Assembly (NCBI RefSeq): GCF_029504745.1
Contig: NZ_JAQFIQ010000066.1
Location: 1-8,575, forward strand
Direction of reading: 5' to 3'
DNA from: Breznakia sp. PF5-3
GTDB taxonomy: Bacteria > Bacillota_I > Bacilli_A > Erysipelotrichales > Erysipelotrichaceae
DNA: 8,575 nt
This document shows positions 1 to 5,854 of the stretch, one piece after another. Position 1 is the stretch's first letter. The number at the start of each line of letters is the position of its first letter. The notes beneath the pieces were generated by a model, which searched no databases, was not told where the DNA came from, and saw nothing but the letters and a program-made list of their open reading frames with translations. A program made the translations under genes and the position numbers.

Positions 1-89
1 GATGGACACCCTTGTCTTCGGCTACGGGTTAGCGCCTACACCCCCCACAGTGGACTTTCACCACTAGATATATGCCATGCCTAGCACAC
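1..89 (-). mobile_element. 5' end (start of domain I) of a bacterial class C (IIC) group II intron, truncated by the left window edge
   Basis: The minus-strand read of 89->1 is GTGTGCTAGGCATGGCATATATCTAGTGGTGAAAGTCCACTGTGGGGGGTGTAGGCGCTAACCCGTAGCCGAAGACAAGGGTGTCCATC. It has a GUGYG-type 5' end, a GTGG-TGAAAGT-CCAC hairpin and an AGCCGAAGACAAGGGTGTCC block. From memory these resemble the 5' end of the Oceanobacillus iheyensis IIC intron (GUGUGCCCGGCAUGG...GGGUGAGAGUCCC...AGCCUAACGCAAGGGUGUCC). The patch is GC-rich in an AT-rich context and starts 3 nt after a terminator hairpin, the known IIC target type. Confidence 0.75.
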
Positions 90-90
90 C

Positions 91-128
91 AAAAAGAGTT
101 GAATCTTTATTTATAGATTCAACTCTTT
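91..128 (-). terminator. Rho-independent terminator of the esterase gene; probable DNA/RNA target motif of the adjacent IIC intron
   Basis: A perfect 14-bp inverted repeat pairs AAAGAGTTGAATCT (93-106) with AGATTCAACTCTTT (115-128) around an 8-nt loop. On the minus strand the stem runs into CTTTTTG. It lies 9 nt downstream of the stop codon at 137-139. Confidence 0.85.
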
Positions 129-136
129 CATTGTTT

Positions 137-2782
137 TTATTCTTTATTTGCCTTTCTTTTTATACTTATAAAAGTTAATAAACTACCAAGGCAAAGTAAC
201 GTAAACATCATTGTTTGATTTCCACTACCTGTTGAAGGTGCTTTTGTTGTAGTACTTGTCTTTTTATCATCACTTGTACCACCTGCTTTTCTCTGTCTTG
301 CTAGCCATGCGAAAATAGTTTCATCATTATCGATACACTCATTGTTTAATGTATAAACCCAAGACCAATGCCCATTATATTGATATGCTTTTCTTGTTAG
401 ACTTTGATACTTTCCACTTGTATCCACAACTGTATCAAATAAAGATAAATGAATATCTTTTGCTCCAACATTTTGAAGCCTTTGATAAGTTGCCACAATA
501 TGTGTATCGGCAGGCACTGTAGTATCGTCTTTAGATTGTGTAAACCACATTGGAATATCCTTGATACGAGTAATCATATTATCATTAATCCAAGCATCTG
601 TATATGCTTCACAGATTGGAAATGCTGCTGCAAAATAAGTTGGATAATTAAATAGCATATTCATTGTCATATATCCACCGTTTGAACAGCCACCAATATA
701 TATTCTATTTGGATCAATATCTGGATGCTTCTCTACATAATCTTCAATCAATTCCATCAGTACTTCTGTATACATTGAAGTCCCATCTGTTGTATAATTT
801 CCACTTCCATCGTCCATCCACATTGTTGGAGATTGAGGTGTTAATACATATGCACCATCCATAATGTCCTGTATTTCATCATCAACAAGAGCGGTCACTT
901 TATTTCCAAGCAAAATAATTTCTGGATCATTTCCACCTTCTCCTGCTCCATGTAGCCAAATAATAAGAGGATTTTTCTTATTATCTTTTGCTGGTGCATA
1001 AGATGCATAGCTAAGACTCATATCTTTTCCTGTATATGTTGCTTTTGTAAACTTATCCGTAAGCGGTTTATCTATGTTATTCGCTGTTGGATTGATTTCT
1101 AATACATCATAATTTTTATCTACCCCTTCTATTTCTGAACCATATTTTATCGTAACTGCTAATTCGTATGGTTGTGAATAAATATTTAAGAAAGAAGATA
1201 ATAAAAATGTAAATGGTGATGTTCCTGTATCTGGATGAATTTGTGGTTCAATCGTTATATAAGAAGATGTTGCTACAGTACTCTTCTTTCCATTGGCATC
1301 ACTTAAATAAGCATTTTGAATTACTTTATTTGTTGTTTCAACCGTTCCGAATACATTTTGTTTTGTTTCATTTAAAACTAGACTATCTTTATGAATTGCT
1401 TTTATTTCATGATCTAATTTTAAAACTATTTTGGTTGTCGCTGGTCCCCAATCGAAACCTTCAACAACATAACGCTCACTACTTCCTTTTAATATATTCT
1501 CTGTTTTTTGTTGAGAACCCATCCACTGCATCAACTTTATACCATTGTTTTCTGGCATATTACGTAATGCATAAATCCAAGACCAGTGTCCATTATAAGA
1601 TGCTCCATCTACTGTTACATCAGTATATTCAGTATAAATAGCACCATAATCTTTCAAAAGATCATATGCCCATCGACTACTTTCTACAACACTGACAGTA
1701 GGGTCATCTGCGCTATGTACAAGCCATATTGGTACATCCTTTAAAGATAATACTTGCTCGGCTGTTGTTGGCTCTCCACCGCGCTGTGGTGCAAGATCAA
1801 TTGCTGCACAAATTGGTACTCCTGCTGCAAACATCTTAGGATTATTAATCATCATATGCCATGTCATATATCCACCAGCTGAACATCCAGCTATATAAAT
1901 TCGTGTCGTATCAATATTTGGATTTTCAGCAACTACCTCTTTAACCATTTCCGTTGCTTTATCAATGTATCCATTTGAATAATTATTATACCAAGTATCA
2001 TCTACTTGTGGTGCAATCACATATGGATAATCTAAGAGTGGTTGCATCTCATCAGAAGCAAAAGCAACCCCACCACGATTTGCTAATAACTGTGATGTAT
2101 TGTTTTGATAGGTTCCTGTTCCACCTTCACCATTCCCATGAAACCAAACCACAAGAGGATGTTTTTCACTTCTACTAATAGATGGTTTATACATTTGATA
2201 ATTCATACCACTTGTTGAGCGCATCGCAGTAAAACGATCCACTTCTTCATCAACAACATCCCCCATCTTATAGGTTGATGCTTTTGATATAACACTTCCA
2301 TCTTTTAAATTAAAATCTTTATTTTGGGTAAGTTGATAATCTAAGATCAAATCCAAATTTCGTCCAGCTGGATGAACATAGGTTAAAGTAGCAGATTCTG
2401 CAACACTTTGACCATATTCCATATCAATAATAATAGTTGAAGAATCATTATCATCCAAACGAACATTGGTAATTTTTCGTGTTTTATCTTCAAACGCCCC
2501 AAAACTTGTATTTCCTTCCCCAAGCGTATTAATATCAATTGGATCACGACCACTCGCTACAACATGAAATGTATCTTTATCAATGGTTGTTAGATCCACT
2601 TCTCCATCCGCTTGAAAGCGTAAGGAAACTATATTTTGACCATAGTCAAATACTTGTCCATCTAATTGAAATACTTTGTCTGCAAATACTGTTTCAGCAG
2701 CACTAACATTACTTGTATCCATAACAAAGCATGTACATACAAGCAAGAAAATACTACTAATGATTCCTAATTTCTTTTTCAT
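137..2782 (-). CDS. Secreted, probably cell-wall-anchored protein with two tandem alpha/beta-hydrolase (serine esterase) modules, each preceded by a ~150-aa beta-rich domain
   Basis: 881-aa ORF with AAGGAG at 2790-2795, 7 nt before the ATG. The signal peptide is MKKKLGIISSIFLLVCTCFVMDTSNVSA|AE. Module 1 carries WFHGNGEGG, nucleophile elbow IAGCSAGG (Ser301, codon 1880-1882), HSADDPTV and YNGHWSW. Module 2 carries WLHGAGEGG, IGGCSNGG (Ser700, codon 683-685), QSKDDTTV and YNGHWSW. A Ser/Thr/Lys linker and sorting signal form the C-terminus. Confidence 0.9.
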   Translation of the reverse strand: MKKKLGIISSIFLLVCTCFVMDTSNVSAAETVFADKVFQLDGQVFDYGQNIVSLRFQADGEVDLTTIDKDTFHVVASGRDPIDINTLGEGNTSFGAFEDKTRKITNVRLDDNDSSTIIIDMEYGQSVAESATLTYVHPAGRNLDLILDYQLTQNKDFNLKDGSVISKASTYKMGDVVDEEVDRFTAMRSTSGMNYQMYKPSISRSEKHPLVVWFHGNGEGGTGTYQNNTSQLLANRGGVAFASDEMQPLLDYPYVIAPQVDDTWYNNYSNGYIDKATEMVKEVVAENPNIDTTRIYIAGCSAGGYMTWHMMINNPKMFAAGVPICAAIDLAPQRGGEPTTAEQVLSLKDVPIWLVHSADDPTVSVVESSRWAYDLLKDYGAIYTEYTDVTVDGASYNGHWSWIYALRNMPENNGIKLMQWMGSQQKTENILKGSSERYVVEGFDWGPATTKIVLKLDHEIKAIHKDSLVLNETKQNVFGTVETTNKVIQNAYLSDANGKKSTVATSSYITIEPQIHPDTGTSPFTFLLSSFLNIYSQPYELAVTIKYGSEIEGVDKNYDVLEINPTANNIDKPLTDKFTKATYTGKDMSLSYASYAPAKDNKKNPLIIWLHGAGEGGNDPEIILLGNKVTALVDDEIQDIMDGAYVLTPQSPTMWMDDGSGNYTTDGTSMYTEVLMELIEDYVEKHPDIDPNRIYIGGCSNGGYMTMNMLFNYPTYFAAAFPICEAYTDAWINDNMITRIKDIPMWFTQSKDDTTVPADTHIVATYQRLQNVGAKDIHLSLFDTVVDTSGKYQSLTRKAYQYNGHWSWVYTLNNECIDNDETIFAWLARQRKAGGTSDDKKTSTTTKAPSTGSGNQTMMFTLLCLGSLLTFISIKRKANKE
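140..241 (-). other. C-terminal sortase-type sorting signal with non-canonical motif APSTG
   Basis: The sequence is KAPSTG-SGNQT-MMFTLLCLGSLLTFISI-KRKANKE: motif, hydrophobic span, then a basic tail at the extreme C-terminus. The motif codons GCA CCT TCA ACA GGT are at 227-241. Confidence 0.6.
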
Positions 2783-2936
2783 TTCTTTTCTCCTTTAATT
2801 TACTTAACTTTCTTTAATAATCACAAATGATTACCAGTATATGCTTATCTCAATAATCTAATGCTCTAAAATACCATGGTTTTTACTATACAAACACAAT
2901 TCATTTTTATCTCATCTATCCCTCCTAACATAAAGA

Positions 2937-2975
2937 AAACCTATTTACAGAAAAATATTTTCTGTAAATAGGTTT
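2937..2975 (-). terminator. Rho-independent terminator downstream of tRNA-Leu
   Basis: A perfect palindrome pairs AAACCTATTTACAGAAAA with TTTTCTGTAAATAGGTTT (15-18 bp stem, 3-nt loop). On the minus strand it is followed by TCTTTATGTT. On the plus strand the 3' flank is not T-rich. Confidence 0.65.
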
Positions 2976-3084
2976 AGCTTGTCTATAACAATCACTATCC
3001 TGTTACACTTTTAATTTATCACATTCTATATTCGTATGCAAGGGCTTACAAATATTTTCAACATATGTTATTTTGATATAACAA

Positions 3085-3170
3085 TGGTGCTGGGAAAGGG
3101 ACTTGAACCCTCACGGACATTCGTCCACTACCCCCTCAAGATAGCGTGTCTGCCATTCCACCACCCCAGC
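3085..3170 (-). tRNA. tRNA-Leu, anticodon GAG, type II (long variable arm), CCA encoded
   Basis: The minus-strand 86-nt sequence is GCTGGGGTGGTGGAATGGCAGACACGCTATCTTGAGGGGGTAGTGGACGAATGTCCGTGAGGGTTCAAGTCCCTTTCCCAGCACCA. It has a 7-bp acceptor stem and a D arm GTG/CAC with a GGAATGGCAGA loop. The anticodon stem is CTATC/GGTAG with loop TTGAGGG, placing GAG at positions 34-36 (plus 3135-3137). The variable arm is TGGACGAATGTCCGT and the T arm is GAGGG-TTCAAGT-CCCTT. Confidence 0.95.
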
Positions 3171-3179
3171 ATTGTCTTT

Positions 3180-3208
3180 ATTATACATGATTTAAATCTG
3201 AATGAAAA
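3180..3208 (-). promoter_or_regulatory. Putative sigma-A-type promoter for tRNA-Leu
   Basis: On the minus strand there is a consensus -10 TATAAT (3180-3185), a 17-nt spacer and a -35 TTTTCA (3203-3208, 4/6 match). The -10 ends 9 nt before the mature tRNA 5' end, and the promoter sits just after the upstream gene's terminator. Confidence 0.45.
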
Positions 3209-3211
3209 CAA

Positions 3212-3243
3212 CAAAAAAAGACCATTAACTTTGTCAATGGTCT
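3212..3243 (-). terminator. Rho-independent terminator of the LRR protein gene
   Basis: AGACCATT (3219-3226) pairs with AATGGTCT (3236-3243) around a 9-nt loop. On the minus strand the stem is followed by TTTTTTTG (A-run 3213-3219). It begins 15 nt after the stop codon at 3258-3260. Confidence 0.85.
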
Positions 3244-3257
3244 ATCTATAAATTATT

Positions 3258-5300
3258 CTATGCTTTATCGTTTCCAATTGATTTTTTTCTTTTTAAAACT
3301 AATATCAATCCTGCCGATAATCCTAAAATTGTATACAATATTTCTGTGTTCGTGAAATCACCTGTTGCAATTGAAGGTTTTGGTTTAGCAAACACAATCA
3401 CTTCATCTTTTGGTTCAGGTTTTGGCTCAGGGATGATAATTGGATCTGGTTCCCAGATTGCATACAATACAACATCTCCTTGAAGTGATGCTAATATATC
3501 ATTTTCTTGATAACTATCACCACTGCCATCTGCTTCTGTATTCCATTCTACAAACGTTGCACTATCATGCCCAAGAGCATCTCGTCCTTTCACGATTGCA
3601 TCAGCACCTTTTAGATATGCTGTATCATCAACAGGAGGCATTCCAATATTTCCACCATTTGCTTCATATGTAACTCTATATGGAGCTCTTAATGTAATAT
3701 CTTGTTCTACAACAAGCGAATATTTTAACTCTGCCCAAAGAAATGGCTCATTTTTTGTAAGCTTATATCCTGTATGGTATGTTTCTGCATTTAAATCTGT
3801 CCAAACAAATGAAGTCTTAGCTGCATCGTATGTACCATTTATCAAAACTGGATTTGATGATGTAATTGAACCATCTGTCAATGGTTCAAACGAAGTCATT
3901 GGTGAACCATCCAAATCAATTGCTACATTTGGTGTAGAGACTGCTGTTCCTTGGGTCTCTGTTGGATCTAAAACAACTCTTTGATTACTAAAATGTACTG
4001 TAGCAATAAAATCATTAGTGATTGACGACAATGGACTAATATCCGTAATTTGATTATTAGCACCATTCAAAATTCCTAATTTACTTGTATTCATACTTCT
4101 AAGAACACTAATATCAGAAACTCTATTTTGATCAAAATATAACGATGTAATACCAACATTATTTCTAATTGGCGTCAAATCTACAATTTGATTTCCACTC
4201 ATCCATAACGTTTTAATTTTCGTATGATTTGTAAGTGGTGTTAAATTACTAACTGCATTGTTATTGAAATGCAAATCTTCTAAATTAAGCAAATTTGCTA
4301 CTGGTGTAATATCACTAACTCTATTTGTGTTATTATCAAAAGAAAGATAAGTTAAATTCGTTAAACCTGATACTGGTGAAATATCACTTACCCCAGTAAT
4401 ATTAAATTCAAATAATACCAATGATAATAATCCTCTAACCGGTTCAATTGAAGTTAACGGATTACTTGAAACCGTTAATTTTCTCAATACTGATAAACTT
4501 GAGACCGGTGAAATATCCGTAATAGCATTATGATCAATATTTAATTCTTTTAAATTCGTCAATGCTGATATAGCACTAATATTAGAAATTTGATTGCTAT
4601 TTAAATACAAATATTCCAAATTATTAAGATTTGATAAGATTGAAATATCTGTAATTTGATTATCATTCAGACTAAGTCTATTCAAATTCACCAAATTCCC
4701 TAAACTTTGAATCGAACTAGTCCCTACACTATCTGCATTTAATGTCTGAAGACTTGTTGTTACTGACAATGGATCAATAGATGCACCTACATTCTTTGAC
4801 ATATCTAAACTTGTTAGATTTGGCAAAGTGCTGATTGGTGTTATATTTGTAATACTATTATCTGATATCGTCAATGTTTGTAAATTCGTCAAACTTGATA
4901 ATGCTGATATATCACTAATACTATTTTGTTGTAAATTAAGTGTTGTCAATCGTGTAAGACCACTTAATTTTGAAATATCACTAACCTTGTTAACCCTTAA
5001 ACTAAAGTTTGATAGATAATTCAAATATTGAATTCCTTCTATACTTTGAATATTACTACTATCCGCGTTTAAGGTTACAATCGTATTTAACTCATTTTGT
5101 GTTACTTCATCTGTGATATTCTTTCCTAATTGCGTAGCTACTTTGCTTGCTAGCGCTGCATCTGGAAAAATATCTGAAATCTTTGAAGTGGTAGGTAGTT
5201 CATCTGCATAATTAGTATTATGCAAAGTAAACGTCGTTACCAAAGAAATAAAAAGTAATAAAACCACTACTGTCTTTTTTTCTATAAACTTTACTTTCAT
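3258..5300 (-). CDS. Internalin-like leucine-rich-repeat surface protein: signal peptide, internalin N-cap, ~15-16 LRRs of 22 aa, Ig-like inter-repeat region, one Listeria-Bacteroides (Flg_new) repeat, Pro-rich spacer and sorting signal
   Basis: 680-aa ORF with AAGGAG at 5307-5312, 6 nt before the ATG. The signal peptide ends ...HNTNYA|DE. The cap ISDIFPDAALASKVATQLGKNITDEVTQNELNTIVTLNADSSNIQSIEGIQYL closely resembles the Listeria InlA/InlB caps. LxxLxxLxLxxNxIxDISxLxx units span aa 72-426 (nt 4023-5087) and the post-LRR region spans aa 427-535. The Flg_new repeat YRVTYEANGG...TFVEWNTEADGSG...VLYAIW is at nt 3453-3680. Confidence 0.92.
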   Translation of the reverse strand: MKVKFIEKKTVVVLLLFISLVTTFTLHNTNYADELPTTSKISDIFPDAALASKVATQLGKNITDEVTQNELNTIVTLNADSSNIQSIEGIQYLNYLSNFSLRVNKVSDISKLSGLTRLTTLNLQQNSISDISALSSLTNLQTLTISDNSITNITPISTLPNLTSLDMSKNVGASIDPLSVTTSLQTLNADSVGTSSIQSLGNLVNLNRLSLNDNQITDISILSNLNNLEYLYLNSNQISNISAISALTNLKELNIDHNAITDISPVSSLSVLRKLTVSSNPLTSIEPVRGLLSLVLFEFNITGVSDISPVSGLTNLTYLSFDNNTNRVSDITPVANLLNLEDLHFNNNAVSNLTPLTNHTKIKTLWMSGNQIVDLTPIRNNVGITSLYFDQNRVSDISVLRSMNTSKLGILNGANNQITDISPLSSITNDFIATVHFSNQRVVLDPTETQGTAVSTPNVAIDLDGSPMTSFEPLTDGSITSSNPVLINGTYDAAKTSFVWTDLNAETYHTGYKLTKNEPFLWAELKYSLVVEQDITLRAPYRVTYEANGGNIGMPPVDDTAYLKGADAIVKGRDALGHDSATFVEWNTEADGSGDSYQENDILASLQGDVVLYAIWEPDPIIIPEPKPEPKDEVIVFAKPKPSIATGDFTNTEILYTILGLSAGLILVLKRKKSIGNDKA
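3261..3374 (-). other. C-terminal sortase-type sorting signal with non-canonical motif SIATG
   Basis: The sequence is KPKPSIATG-DFTNTE-ILYTILGLSAGLILVL-KRKKSIGNDKA. The motif codons TCA ATT GCA ACA GGT are at 3360-3374. There is no proline at motif position 2. Confidence 0.55.
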
Positions 5301-5395
5301 TGCATTCTCCTTTCAAGTGCGTTTAAATTATGAAAGAGAAACTATTCATAAATACAAATATCCCTTATTGGTATTGGGATTTATTAAAAGGCCTA

Positions 5396-5782
5396 CTATT
5401 CACAAACTGTTTTTACTTTATAATCTGTTTTACCATATGGCGCTTTTGGTGTTATTGTAATACTATTTTTTTTCTTATCACATGTATTTCCAATTTCTTT
5501 TGTTTGTTTTTTCACATTAATCTCAGAAACTTTTGAAATATTTTCAATGGAAATCTTTAAACCTTCTTTTTCATATTGAGAAAATAGTTCTTTTAAAGCT
5601 TTTCCATCTTTACCAGCTGCCAACAATTCATAAAGATAATCTTCATAATATGTTTTTGCCATTTTTTCCATTTGTGCTTCTTCTTTTGAAGTACTGTTAC
5701 TATCCATTTGTGTTTTTATTAATATGCCTGCTAATACTACAACTACTACTAATACTGCACCAATAATTGTTTTCTTTTTCAT
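5396..5782 (-). CDS. Hypothetical small protein with an N-terminal signal-anchor or uncleaved signal; no family recognised
   Basis: 128-aa ORF with AGGAG at 5791-5795, 8 nt before the ATG. It begins MKKKTIIGAVLVVVVVLAGILI (a basic n-region plus a hydrophobic span, with no lipobox Cys). The remainder is a charged Lys/Glu-rich ectodomain with exactly two Cys (C101, C127). Codon usage is similar to its neighbours. Confidence 0.7.
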   Translation of the reverse strand: MKKKTIIGAVLVVVVVLAGILIKTQMDSNSTSKEEAQMEKMAKTYYEDYLYELLAAGKDGKALKELFSQYEKEGLKISIENISKVSEINVKKQTKEIGNTCDKKKNSITITPKAPYGKTDYKVKTVCE

Positions 5783-5811
5783 AATTTTTGCTCCTATATT
5801 TTTTAAAATGA

Positions 5812-5843
5812 GTAGGAAACATATCCATTGATATGCTTCCTAC
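5812..5843 (-). terminator. Intercistronic stem-loop or weak intrinsic terminator after the DUF11-repeat gene
   Basis: A 14-bp stem with a 4-nt loop begins 11 nt after the stop codon at 5855-5857. The single A/C mismatch on the plus strand (5819/5836) becomes a G-U wobble on the minus-sense RNA, so the hairpin is fully paired only in the sense transcript. Its 3' flank is TCATTTTAAAAAA, a short interrupted U-tract. Confidence 0.5.
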
Positions 5844-5854
5844 AAAATCAATTC

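Noticed and set aside
449-2178. Plus-strand ORFs (449-655, 664-864, 1213-1641, 1954-2178) inside the esterase gene
   Set aside because: They are antisense to an ORF with clear catalytic motifs. Their translations are His/Leu/Phe/Tyr-rich nonsense typical of the reverse frame of AT-rich coding DNA, and no RBS is present.
2866-2926. A perfect AGGAGG (2921-2926, minus) 5 nt before ATG-AGA-TAA (2907-2915), and a 12-codon mini-ORF MNCVCIVKTMVF (2866-2904), in the esterase upstream region
   Set aside because: The first ORF has only two codons. The second lacks a properly spaced SD. Both lie immediately after a terminator, with no identifiable promoter upstream. They are possibly a leader-peptide or start-stop element, but the sequence alone cannot support that.
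2783-2936. Promoter for the esterase gene
   Set aside because: Several -10-like hexamers exist (TATAGT, TATACT, TAAATT on the minus strand), but none has a convincing -35 at 16-18 nt and a sensible distance to the RBS. I therefore left it unannotated rather than guess.
3036-3251. 71-aa plus-strand ORF in the intergenic region
   Set aside because: It reads straight through the reverse complement of a canonical tRNA-Leu and through a terminator, so it is an artefact of the tRNA's GC-rich sequence.
5360-5380. ATCCC…GGGAT hairpin between the small ORF and the LRR gene as a terminator
   Set aside because: It has only 5 bp with an 11-nt loop and a weak U-tract. That is too unstable to call, so co-transcription of the two genes is the simpler reading.
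5466-5473. The A8 tract (coding strand) in the small ORF, and the A7 tract at 5275-5281 in the LRR signal-peptide region, as slipped-strand phase-variation switches
   Set aside because: Runs of 7-8 A/T encoding Lys-Lys are expected by chance in DNA this AT-rich and are shorter than typical contingency tracts. Population sequence data showing length polymorphism would be needed.
3440-5766. Plus-strand ORFs 3440-3673, 4828-5019, 5330-5536 and 5533-5766
   Set aside because: All are antisense to the LRR gene or the small ORF. They have no SD and no recognisable motifs. The 5330-5536 ORF also spans the RBS and 5' region of the LRR gene.
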